Source: Chrysomallon squamiferum (taxonomy: Eukaryota > Animalia > Mollusca). From it: 64,000 nucleotides of DNA. The notes beneath the pieces are model-generated. The model was not told where the DNA came from, did not search any database, and saw only the letters and a list, made by a program, of their open reading frames with translations. The stretch spans positions 24,862,001-24,926,000 of the forward strand of contig CM022673.1 of the NCBI GenBank assembly GCA_012295275.1. The letters are read 5' to 3'. Position numbers and translations under genes: made by a program. How positions within the stretch are numbered: the first letter of the stretch is position 1; the number at the start of each line of letters is the position of its first letter. Of this stretch, positions 12,702 through 25,180 are shown in pieces.

Positions 12702-13170
12702 TATATTTCTTTTGCTCTTTTTTTTTTTTTAACCCCCCCCCACCATATTTCATGATCCCCTAGTTCAAATCTGGTCACTTCTGGGAAGGCAAAAACTGCG
12801 CCGTCCAACCCGTGGAAGTTAGCCTTCCCCACGTCCCTTCCCCCCCGCCATTCCTTCCAACAGTTAATCCTTACCCTCCCAACAGACTGCTGTGTGGCAA
12901 AAACATCACCGTGCCATTTAAAAAACAGGAATTCATAAAAATAATAATAATAATAAAAAATATATAAGTTAACAAAAGGTTTTGAATGGATTCGAGGCGT
13001 GCAGTTAATAAGATAGGAATTTATATATAAAACTATTTACTTAGGAATTTACATATAAAATCTTTAATAAGCCCAGCTGCTAAAATAATGGTAATAATAA
13101 AATTATATAACTAAAATAGTAATAAAAAAATTAGTAATTTTTGTATAGTTCAACTGTTGGGGCAACCGCC

Positions 13171-13199
13171 CACGTGACGTCACGTCACTAACACGTGCA
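13171..13199. promoter_or_regulatory. E-box/CRE composite cluster
   Basis: cacgtgacgtcacgtcac (13171-13188) plus a further cacgtg within 10 bp, in a GC/CpG-rich patch. Confidence 0.45.
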
Positions 13200-13708
13200 G
13201 TGTTTGTGATGGACAGGTCCTTTAGAGACTGCTCTGCAGGTGAGACAAATTCGATAATCTCCGGCAGTTAATTCGGTAATCTCCGGCAGTTCTTAAGAGG
13301 AAGGACCGGAGAGAGACGACAGCCAGCCACATGTGATCAAAACTGACTGGCTTACTGTGTGTCTGTGTCTGTGTCTGTGTGTGTGTGTCTGTGTGTGTGT
13401 GCGTCTGTGTGTGTGTGTGTGTGTGTGTGTTCTCTGCTTCCTTTTTTAATGTATATTTTGTGTTTCGTGTTTGTGTGCCAAACATACGTGTACGTATGTG
13501 TTTGCATGCATGTATGTACGCATGTATTTGTGTGTGTCTACTTTTGTAAGTTATAGGTATGTGATTTTTGTATCTAGGTGTGAATACATATCAGCATATA
13601 TACACACATATACATATATATGTATATGTATGTATGTATGTATACATAGATAAGTATGTGTGTATGTTTGTGTTATATATTTATACGGAGGTTGTGCATA
13701 TTATATAT

Positions 13709-13775
13709 GTAGTATACCCTCACCTGTTCGCGGTTCCCCATTCGCGGCCCCGCATATTCGCTGGTTATGTGTTTA
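13709..13775 (+). mobile_element. Isolated pogo/Tigger-like terminal fragment
   Basis: gtagtataccctcacctgttcgcggttccccattcgcggccccgcatattcgc, with repeated ttcgcgg subunits typical of Tigger-like TIRs; no partner end found. Confidence 0.35.
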
Positions 13776-13915
13776 TAACCCTAGGGCATCGTATGTATGT
13801 ATATATACCAGGCGAAAGATTTAACGTCATAAAACAAATGCTCGGTAAAAGATTATTTATAGATGATAGAGTACATATGTATTTGAAGAGTAGGAATAAT
13901 TGTGTAAAGTGCTGT

Positions 13916-15272
13916 ATGAACAATCAGATCTCATTCTGGTGCCATACTGTACATTAGTGTCAAAATCATCATCGTATGGCACTGCAAATCTCCATCATCA
14001 TTTTATTATCATTCATTAAATTGGTGACAGAAAACAATATCAAATTTTTCAAGAATCCATGTTTACAGTACGTATTTTTTATAAATGCATTGACCATTGT
14101 ATGTACAGTGCATATTTTCCAAACAAATGACGTCATTAATAATGGATTTTTAATTCCCATTTTATCTTTGAATTGTATTATTTTAACTGAACTGTGCGTA
14201 CTGTATTTATCTGTCTGTTTTAATTTAAATTTGTTCTTATTTTTTCTGTTTTTTTTAATACATAAAGAAAATGACTTTACGGTAATTTATAAAGTATGGG
14301 TTTCTATGGATGCAGTGTTACTGTCCTCCTGGAAACGTTTCTTTTCATTAAAATATTGTTTCAGTACAAAATTAAAATGTTTTACATTATCATTTACATG
14401 GATGAAATACATAACTGCATGCAATATTACTATATTATTACTGTATTAATGAGTATTGTTGTCTTTAGAAAGTGTTTGGGAAGCATTTATTACCGTATAT
14501 AATTTCATAATAGACGTTTTAAAACTGCATCCAATATTGTTTTTTCGAAATTATCGGGGGAAAAGAAAATAAACAACATGAATATTTTTTTATTTCTTTA
14601 TTTATATATATATTAATTACAGGTACGTCGTTTGTGTATTCGGGTACATGTGTTTATGAGCAGAGGGGTTTGTATGTATATACGCACGTAAAAAAATTTG
14701 TGTGTATGACTGTATATACATATGTATTTGAAATATATGTATGTGTGTGTATGAACAATCAGATCTCATTCTGGTTTCTATAGTGGGTGAGTCAAAAAAT
14801 ATGAGTCTTTACAAGTCTCCTTAATAGCTGTTTGTTAATCTTTAACGCTGTAAATTTGGTTTCGAATATCACATAATTTGTGGAGAATCCATGTTTACAT
14901 TTCGGTGTCTGAAATTCAATTGACCATTGTTACTGTTGTCAGGCTAATTATTCCAAACAAATGACGTCACATAATGGATTAGGAATATCCCGTTTCCTCT
15001 TTTAAGATTATTTTAAATACAAATTTCCGATTGTATTTATCTTTTTTTAATTATCAGGAAAGCCCTCTTATTTTTTCTGTTTTTTTTTTTTTTTCTAAAT
15101 ATATGCGACTATAATATAATTTATAAACTACGTTTCATGGATGTATTTAAATATCGGGAAAGTCCTCTTTTTTTGGGGGGGGGGAATATATGCGTCTATA
15201 TATAATTTATAAATTACGTTTCATGGATGTAATAATAATAATAATAATAATAATAAGATTATTATTATTATT

Positions 15273-15305
<33 letters not shown>

Positions 15306-15450
15306 CTTGTTCTTATTATTGTTATATTTGTTATTAGTAATTAATTCGGCAGATGTTATTTGAAAATATCGAATGAAAATAACAACGATTATTTTTTTAT
15401 TTCTTTATTTATTTTTGATATTAACATGTAGATCTGAGTGCGTATGTGTG
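13916..15450. repeat. Diverged ~835-bp tandem duplication
   Basis: Colinear anchors: atgaacaatcagatctcattctggt (13916/14751), gaatccatgtttaca, ttgaccattgt, ttccaaacaaatgacgtca (CRE at 14128/14962), cttattttttctgttt, and gaaaata..caac..ttttttatttctttattt (~14566/~15375). Confidence 0.85.
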
Positions 15451-15840
15451 TACATTTCCTTGTATTGCGTGCGTTTTCGCGAATATTATAAGAAAAAAAT
15501 AACTGGTAGATATATAATATAAATTTTCAAAAAAATGATGACAATAATTTTATCAAGACAGAAAGAGGCTCTCTTGAAATGAGAGTCGTGTGCTTTCGCA
15601 CGTGGCCTGTAAAAACACTTCTGTTTGGTGAGGTTTGTTGGTGTATTTTGTAGGATCTAAAGGAAATATTTGATTGATTCTGAATGCTTTATTTATTAGT
15701 TACACGCTTCGACCCCCCCCAAACCCCCTCAAATCCCCCCAATAACAACGACATGATGAAAGTATTCCACGAAGACAGAAAATAATTGTTCACAGCTATT
15801 GGTGGATGGATATGAAGATGACTATTTTCATTAGATAAAA

Positions 15841-16025
15841 TAATGTGAAGACGTCACTCTAACATAATGTGAAGACGTCACTCTAACATAATGTGGATAC
15901 ATTACTCTAACATAATGTGGAGACGTAACTCTATCATAATGTGAAGACGTCACTCTAACATAATGTGGAAACGTCATTCTAACATAATGTGGAGACGTCA
16001 CTCTAACATAATGTGGAGACCTTAC
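15841..16025. repeat. 24-bp minisatellite, ~7.5 copies (taatgtg(a/g)agacgtcactctaaca)
   Basis: Head-to-tail units read directly, with no spacers. Confidence 0.95.
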
Positions 16026-16741
16026 TCCTTAATGTCCGTTGTCGTAAAACAATACTTAAAACCACTGTAATTATGTTTTATACTATTTATTTCCATTTTC
16101 AGGTCATTAAAGGTCATATTACATGTAAAAAAGCAAAATAATCACCAGTTATTTTGGATGATTGTCCAGATACACTCATTACAGTGCTTAATTCTGATTT
16201 CTGGACCGAAGCCTCATCTGATAATTTAATAATAATAATAACAATAATAATAAATATTATAATGATTGAAGTTTATGACCGACCAGAGCCTCATGTGATA
16301 ATTTTATTTGTCGGTCAAGCCTCATGTTATAATTTCTGGTCGTATAAAAGTCATATGTGTAAAATTTTAATTTTTCACTCTTTTTCATTAAAACAAAAAG
16401 CAATTCATCTTCTAAAACCCATAACAATGAGTTTCCTATCTGAATTCTGAAGAAGTCATAGGTTCCTGACAGTATTAATGGTGACAGTAAGCAATGTAAT
16501 AATAATACATGCCTTGAGAAAGGCAACATGGTATGATCTTCCCTTTCTTTGAAAAAGCACATGAAAAATATCAGTTATTGGTTATCGACAAATAGTTATC
16601 GACAAAACCTGGAGTCCCATCTTTATTTTAAAACAGAACCTGGTGTCCCATCTTTCATGGGAAAAAAATTACATGGAATAAGTTAAAATGAAACGGTTAA
16701 AGGACATTAAAATTTAAATCTGATATTGCATCATTTTTAAA

Positions 16742-16794
<53 letters not shown>

Positions 16795-17400
16795 TGTTTA
16801 AAAGAGTGTTTAAGGGTTTATTTATAAAATTACTATTTGGAAGAGTGTTTAACAAAAATAATATATATTTATTTTATTTTTAGAATTTAAATTATCCTTC
16901 AGAACAATGCTTGGAAGACAAATTTATTTAATTAATTATTAGAACGATGTTTAATGAAAGCAAATTTAATAATTTTTTTAAATAATTATTTTCAGAACAG
17001 TGTTATACGACAAATTTATTTAATTACTTTTTAGAACAATTTTTGACGCCAGTTTTATTGAATTAATTTTTTAGAAAAATGTTCGATGGCAAATTTATTT
17101 CCTAACTTTTTAGAACAATGTTTAACCTCAAATTTATTTAATTATTTTTTAGAACAATTGTTGACGGCAAATTTATTTAATTATTTTTTTTTTTTAGAAT
17201 AATGCTGATGTCAATTTTATTTAATTTCTCTTTAAAGTAATGTTTATCTGTTGATTTATTTAATTACTTTTTAGAACAGTATTTAATAGCAGATCTAATT
17301 ATTTTTAGAGCAGTGTTTTAAAGCAAATTACTTTATATTTTGAAGAGTGTTTAATAGCGATTTTATTTAATATTATATCTAGAACAGATATCAACAACAA
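16795..17400. repeat. Degenerate ~40-bp minisatellite (ttttagaacaatgtt..aaatttatttaatta)
   Basis: The tagaacaat/tagaacagt core recurs about every 40 bp. Confidence 0.75.
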
Positions 17401-17989
17401 ATTACACTTTATTAAAGGGTATATAAAATAATCCTTGTTGCTAGACCGAAAAAGAATAATCGGTTGTGTTTTGGCTGCGAGAGTCATCCATTATCTGTAT
17501 GTATTCAATATGGCGTTCTAATAAAATATCTTTTTCGAATACGGATGCTTTACTAAAAAAAAAAAAAAAAAAAAAAATGAATAATCGGTATCAAGGGAGA
17601 CAACATTATTAACCTTATCCCAAGAACTATAAGAGTTACCTCTCTTAAGTATTATACAAACATTAACGTTTTGATCTGCAGTTGCTTTTATTGTTACTGT
17701 TGTCTTTGCCGTTGCTGTATGTTCATCAAGTAGCGACACAAATTATAATTACTGAATATTTGATTCGATAATAGCACTGGCTGATTTAAATGCATAACTA
17801 TAAGCCAATTAATTAGGTCTAAACACTCCAATATTTTTTTTTTTTTTTTTTTTAAAGTACAGTAAATAAATAAGTAAATAAATATATAAATAAATAAATA
17901 AATAAATAACAGTAGCATGAAAATGAAAGAAAAATTACTACGCCTAATCGTTAACTGGGATGCGATTCGGCCAATTAATAGTTATATTT

Positions 17990-17993
<4 letters not shown>

Positions 17994-18031
<38 letters not shown>
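17994..18031. repeat. (GA)n tract upstream of the large plus-strand gene
   Basis: Direct reading; a CCAAT lies at 17971 and the candidate ATG is ~285 bp downstream. Confidence 0.9.
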
Positions 18032-18035
<4 letters not shown>

Positions 18036-18314
18036 CTGGCTGTTATCAGCGAGATGAGCAGATGTAAGAAACTATGCTTTGCACGTTCAGCACGTGCTAA
18101 CATTTCACAGTCATCAAAGAGATATTACGCAGACTCGAGTCTTTTTGTTTTTATGATCTGTGACAACAGTCTGCTAAGCTGAAAATTAAATAATATATTT
18201 AATATGAGCAGAATTGTTTCTAAAACATTTTGTTGTAATATTTGTAAACAGGTTATGAACAGTTTAATAATTGTTATGGAGAAAAAACCGATATAAATTT
18301 TTTTTTTTTTTAAA

Positions 18315-18522
18315 ATGAACTCGGAACTATTCTACAGTTCGAGTGGAAAGTTGACAGAAGACAGACACAACGCGCCACGCCTAGACGGACGTTCTTCTTC
18401 TGTCTGTGAATTACACGTGAAGAATGCGTGCGGAGACGAAAAAAGAGACAAATTCAAAAGGCTGAAAAGCAGAGTGAGACAGGTACAAAAATCGCCAGGA
18501 AAAACGATCCGCGTCTGGAAAG
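18315..18522 (+). CDS. Probable first coding exon of a large plus-strand gene (phase-1 donor)
   Basis: aaaATG, a CpG-rich non-repetitive 69-codon frame (MNSELFYSSSGK...RVRQVQKSPGKTIRVWK), and a strong donor AAG|GTAAGA at 18523. CpG depletion starts just downstream. Confidence 0.65.
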
Positions 18523-21500
18523 GTAAGATTTTGAAAAATTTAAAATAAATTTTAAAAAATTTCATATTCTCTGTATGTATTTGAATGTTGTATTTTATTG
18601 TAAACTAACTGCTGTTAAACGTGAAAACACGAAGGTGACAGAAATAAGGAATGTTTAATGTGTGAAAGTGAAAGAAGGAATGATTAAATGTTTGTGTTGC
18701 ACAGCAATAAAACAGGGATTGTCCGTCTCGATGGAGGTTAGTCCATGGATTTCACAGAATCTTCATAGCTTATATATACAGGCAAAAATGTCAGTCGTAA
18801 TGTAAAAAATAATGTATGTCGAGTTGTTTGATGGATACGTTCGTTATACATGTAAGAAGTGGTAAATATGTTTGAGGTGTAATTTATGGATAGCCATATC
18901 ACCGTAACGTTTTCGGTTGTACTGTCAAAAAATCTTCAAGTCTCTCTAGGGTTATTATTTGCGCTTGTCTAACTTATTTATTTATTTATTATTAATTATT
19001 AATATTTTTTCTTTATTATTTGTTTGTTTATTTTTGTTTATCTAATTTTATTTATTTATTAATTTATTTATTTATTAATTAATTAATTTATTTTTGTTTG
19101 TTTTCGTTCTGGGAAGGAAAGTAACAAGGGTTATAAATAATGTCTAGAACATGCACAGTCCAACAGATTTTGAATACTTTCAAGGGAATGTTTCAGGCTG
19201 TAGACTTTAATCTAAGAAACTTTCATTAGACAGTGAAGTATGCCAGGTCAGGATTAGCAGATGGTGACTATTAGAAAGCACAACTGGGTGTTTAGGTAGT
19301 ACTACTGTTTGTTTAAACAGTGGGCTTTCAACAAGATATATCACATATGTGTCTTTTTGACAACAAGCAGAGAAGACTTGTGGCATCTAGCTTTTTTTTT
19401 TACTGGTTTGTTGTTCTGTTAATTACTAAACAAATAATTCTCACATTTATAGGCCATTTTTGATACACAATAAGTAAGATGTAAGTACTGATGTCTTTGC
19501 AGAATATTTAAGAAAGTTAATTTTGTAAATTTAAAATTTATTTTGTAAAATTATTTCATAACTAGCATTACAGTCTATTACTGAAGTATGTTACGAGGAC
19601 AGAACAATAATAAAATATGGTGTGATTTGATTTGAGAAGTGACAGCTTGAATCTTTCCACTGTCTGTGGTATTACAAATTAGCTGATTCGGTGGTACCAG
19701 TCTGTCCTGGTGCGGCATAAACCTGTCTTAGACAAGTGATTTACAGTGTTGGTGAATAAAGTACGCTATTGGTGCTGGCAGGTGGAAAGTCTCAGGTATG
19801 TGGGAATGTCAGACATGTTTTCTTGGAGTAAGTAAAACGGCCAGTGAGTGAGTGAAGGGTCAATATTTGTACACACTGACTGGACAGATTTACTGGACAA
19901 ATATCAAGGCAGCTGAGAAATGACTGAGTGTGAAAATAAATCTGTAGTGATCTTCTGGGTGAACACTTCCTTGTCCTTTGTAGATTAATGTAACTTGTCT
20001 TTTTTTTAAACATTTTATTATCTTCTGTTCTAAAAAAAAATATGATTAATATTAATTTTGATGCATTGTTGGACAAATGAAAGTGCATTGATGTTAAGGA
20101 AATTATGAATAAATTTTAAGAGTAATAAAATAATTTAACAAATGTTTCGGCAGTTAATCTGGTTTTTAAATTTAAACAGGCATTAATACTAAAAATTCCA
20201 TTTTGAGGTAAGGGGAAAAAAGTAAATTGTAGTTTAAATTTGTCAAGGTTACAAATAAATTATGAAAACAAATTTTATTCTACAAACTTTATTTTTTTAT
20301 TTCTTTGTTGTTTATATTTTTATTTATTTTTATTTTTATTTTATTTTTAATTCTTTTATTTTTGTTGGTTTAGTGACATGATTAAAATATAGGTAATATA
20401 ATTTTGTGAAAACTTCATTTTCCCTTCCCCAAATTTATTATTTAGTAAAACATTTTCTGTTATCAATATAAATAAAGTGAATACTGAATTTCCTTTTTAA
20501 ACATTTTGATAGTACAAAATACTAGTTTCTCACCTGCATCAATGTTTTCTCATTTAACATACTGTCACTACATTCATGTATTTGCATGCATGCATAACAC
20601 ACACACACACACAAAATCTCAAATACATACAAACAGAACCATGACTAGCTTTTAAAATGCAAATTTTTTGTGATGTAAGTTGCAGAAAGAACTGATAAAA
20701 TATAATTAAAAAAAATAAAAATAAAAAGAGTGAGAAAAGAAAAATATGACAGCTATTCTAAGCATTTTCCAGAAAGCTATGAGCAGAATTTATATCTGAC
20801 TCTGTATCTTTGAACACATGTCTGCAGATCCAAATTAGTTTAGTTCTGCACTTGTATCTGTATGCCAACCATCTTCCTATCTTACTTGTTACATGACATG
20901 CAGATAATGTTCCGTCTTGAACTTATTTTTAGCCAGTTGTAAATGTTTTAGAGTCCTTGTCTCGACTTTATGTACTTTCATTATCCGAGGAGGTCTAATC
21001 CAGTTACTGTTGGGTTATAGGTTTAAAACCATGTACATCTGTAGGACTGCCACGTGTGTGAATGAGTGTGTGTTACTTTCTCTGTATGACACCACGTAAT
21101 CAGTCTGATAACTATCATTAAGCTTTCAGTCAGTGATTACTTTAAAATACATTCCTGAAATAATTTAATACTTGGTAATGATGTTTAAAAGGATAACACT
21201 TCTGTGGATGCATGCACACACACACGTGCACACACACATGCACACACACACACACACACACACATGCATACACACACACATTTTGACTCTTATGTTTTCT
21301 GTTCTATTGTATATTTTACCATGAATACACCTTTCTATGTCATTAAAGTGACATTGTTAAAAAAAGACAGAAACCATTCTAATTAACTTGACCTGTGGAA
21401 GTTATAGGCAGATGTGCAGTGAAAGGGTCAAATGAAGAAATAATTTGTTTTAATGATCACACATAAACAGCTCTTACTTCAGATTGTTTTACAATTTAGT

Positions 21501-21629
21501 TGCTTCGTGCAGTTATCTCCCTTATCACTATGGCTATTTGAGTGCAGCTGTTTGACTTCTTGAATTACAGTATTGACTTAAAATGGAACAGATCCTCAAT
21601 TCCTCAGTTTGACAAATAGGGATGTTGAT

Positions 21630-22000
21630 TGACCATGTCACTAGTGAATTCTTTAAAAGTTTAATTTATTAGTGACTTAATGTGCGGCAGTTCCTGAAAA
21701 TAAGTGACTTTTCAACTTGACAGTCAGAAGTATCAACATACCATGTCAATAGTGAATTCTTTAATTTGTCAGTTAGTGAAGTTGACTTAATATTGTACAT
21801 GTCCTGAAAATAAAGTGAAGTTTTCAACTTAAAAAAGAGGTATTGAGTTATCATGTCACTAGTGAGTTCTTTAATGTATCAGTCAGTAATACTGAGTAAA
21901 TTCTGTGGTAAAATACTGTTATTGACTTTACTTGTCTCTAGTGAGTCCTTGGGTTTAATCAGGGTTAGTGACTTACCATGTCACTAGTGAATTCTTTAAT
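21630..22000. repeat. Degenerate ~110-bp tandem repeat
   Basis: catgtcactagtgaattcttta variants at ~21635, 21743, 21852 and 21977; cctgaaaataa..ttttcaactt occurs twice. Confidence 0.7.
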
Positions 22001-24750
22001 TAACAACAGTTGTAAATGTAAACTAAAAACATAAGTTACTGAGATAAAGATATTTGAGTCACAAAATTTCTCCTAAGCCTGTCATACCTGCAGAAAACAA
22101 ATATTAATTCAGTTAAACTTCACATTCTAATTTCATGAATTTACGTAGAATGAATGAATTTATAAAAATTACTGTCTTCATTGTACATTTTCCTTTAATT
22201 TGTTTATTTATCAATTTTTATTTTATTTTAAATACTGTTAATTTTCAGTATATAATTTTTTTTTTTAATAACTTGTATGTAAAATATGGATATCCATGAT
22301 ATATCTATCATTAGAGTTGTTGAACACATATAACTATACAGTAAGAGACACTATGATGTATCACAGTATCCACTTAAAGTATCTAGATACAACTTTTGTA
22401 ATCAACATCAAAATAATGCTATTTCATTAGTCTTTAAAATAAACATTAAAAACAAACTTGTATTCTTTGTATAAAGAATTGGTTGTTTCAAAAGTACATT
22501 ACTTTTTACTTTAATTACCTTTAAACCAGAACCAGTACTAGAAAATATTCTTTCTTAACTATAGTACAAGATTGGTTTAGTTGTATATGTAACAGCCACA
22601 AATTGTACATCAAATATAAATTTATACCACAGAATGTTACATTTCAATTGAAAATTGATTAAATTTTTTTTTTTTAATTTTCCTTTTTTTTTTTAGCATT
22701 TTATAGAATGCATCTCACCCTCATTTTTTTCAGTTACAAATACAAAGAAAAATCGAAGGCTTGAGTATGTATAAATAAATAAAAAGATACTGTATTAGCA
22801 TAACATTTTTCATAGTTTCATTTTAAATAAAGGATGTAGTGATCAATTATAAATGACATTTTTCAGAGCTTTAGTTAAATATTTATATTCTTTTACAATT
22901 CTCAAAACACTACTTCAATAGTACTGCTGTAATGTCATAACAGAAACCATTGTCATGAATCTGTACAGAAGAAAATGAGTTTTAACATAGAAGTAAAATG
23001 TAACGATCAGAAATGTTTTTTTTTAAATTATTATTATTATCCAGACTGTGAAGCAAAGCCTACATTTTAATGTCTGTTACAAAATCTATAATTCAGTTTA
23101 GAAAACATGTAAAATATTCATAACAGTGTGATTATCTCATCTTTTCACTGATGTTTTATTTGTAGAGATGTGTTTTGTTTTGTAAACCAAAACAGACAAC
23201 ATGCCCATGGTTGGTTAACTTGTTGTAAACTGTGAAATGAGTTAGTGTTGGCATGGAAACGGAGAGAGTGGACTTGAACCAGAGTCAGCTGTTGATGAAG
23301 ATGGCCAAGTAGAATTTTTCTGCTGTTAATTACAGCTTTTAGATGCCACTTCTTGATCAAGTTGCTACATTAATTTTATTTTTATTCTTTTTTTTTTTTG
23401 CACAACAAGTTTCAATGAGCTGAGTTTTCTCTTGTACAGATAGTCTTGTTGAATTCCATGTGCTGAGAAAGGGAAGAGATTTTTTTTTTTATAATTATTT
23501 TATTGGAGTTAACTGTGGAAAGATCAATCAGACATTTTCCAGGTCATTTCAGTTCAAGTGAAGCTTAGCTCATTTCTCTTCAGTGAATGCTGCTGTGAAG
23601 ATGTTTATCTTTTTAAAGTATTCTTAAAAACACTGGCCATAAAAAGTGAAATATCAATTGTTAAAAATGTACATCACAGCAGGATTCATTCAGCTTGTTT
23701 AACAAATGACAGTAATTAAAAAGTGACCTGTATTGGCCAATATTTCATGGAATGTATTTGTTTTCATTAAGGGAATGCTTTAAGAAACATCATACATCTT
23801 TCAGGTGAACAAATTGTGAAATCTGTTCAGAAGAAATTTTCTGACATGCAGTTATAGTTATTCTTGGATTTGATGGAAACGTGACAACAACAAACAAAAA
23901 AAATTATAATTAAAAACTGAACAATTGGTGAAATATAATTGTATTAATTTTACATCACAAAATATCTAAATACAAAATAAAAAACAAAACATTTTAAAAT
24001 TCCTGTATCATCCAAACAGATCAGCTACGAAAAAATGGTGACTATTTAATTTTCCTGGACGTGTATTTTACTCCATGTTAAACTTGATGAAATGATAAAC
24101 CGACAAAGCGCCAGTGTTTTTTCCTGAAAGACTGACATGCTGTTAACTGTCTTGTAGACGCTTGGCCTTTAATGGTTTTTTCAAAATCCTGATTTCTCTT
24201 AGATAATAACGCCGGGCAAATCAGTGGCTTCTCACAGACACTGGCTGAACCTGGTCTCTCACTGTATTAAACTTTAATATCCGCCAATAACGGTTCACAT
24301 TCCACCACATCTCCCAGTCTACCGCTTTAATCATAACTTCACCAACACCCAAGACAAAATGTAACCCATCTTGTTTTGTTCACATGCTCAAACATTTCCT
24401 GCAACTTCAAAATAATTAAAAAAAAAAAATAAAAATAAAAAAAAAAAAAATGTTAGCTTGCTGGACGTTATGCCTTCAGCATAGCTTTCTGTCTGTCAGT
24501 CTGTTTTGAGATATTTATCAAGGTTTTATATTTGGTAAACTAGCCTTAACAAGTTTGGAACTGGCACGTGGGAGTCATCAGGCAGTCACAGTGGAGATTT
24601 CCTTACTGGTGTTTATGTTAACTTCACTGTAAAGCAACTGCTCCATTGATTCAGTCAGTGTTTTCTCAGTGCTGGATTACTATCACACTGGATCTGTCAG
24701 AGTGAGAGGAACTGGATTTCACTGGATCTGTGTAAGTAAGCAGGCTAGTG

Positions 24751-24850
24751 ATGACGATGGGGAGGAAGGAGAAGAAACCTGCTGCTGGTGTCAGCAAACT
24801 GCCCAAGATGAAACTCTGTCAGAAATCGAAGAAGTGCACACCTGTCACAG
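24751..24850 (+). CDS. Candidate alternative exon (MTMGRKEKKPAAGVSKLPKMKLCQKSKKCTPVT, phase 1)
   Basis: GC-richer open frame ending in the consensus donor CAG|GTGAGT at 24851; an acceptor ttttctcag also lies at 24669. Confidence 0.5.
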
Positions 24851-24929
24851 GTGAGTTAATGCCGATAATCAGTCATCATAATAATTTTACCAACCACTGC
24901 GACGTAATAAATTTTAATAATAATAATTC

Positions 24930-25180
24930 TTGATAATAAGTATTAAAAATCCTCAGATATGCATATTGATAATCCATGATAAAAAATCTACTAATAATCT
25001 ATGATAATAAATATACTAACAAATATATATATAAATAATCCTTGATAGTAAATCTGCTAGTAACCTATGATAATAAATCTGCCAGTATTTTGTGTTAATA
25101 ACTCCACTAGTAATCTGTGAAGTAAACCTATTGATAATCTGCTGTCATAAATCAACTAATAATTGATGATAATAATTCTA
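24930..25180. repeat. Degenerate ~22-bp AT-rich minisatellite
   Basis: Recurrent tgataataaatctactaataatc-like units. Confidence 0.6.

Noticed and set aside
12202-12753. ORFs in the MITE as a possible transposase
   Set aside because: No DDE or HTH motifs recognisable.
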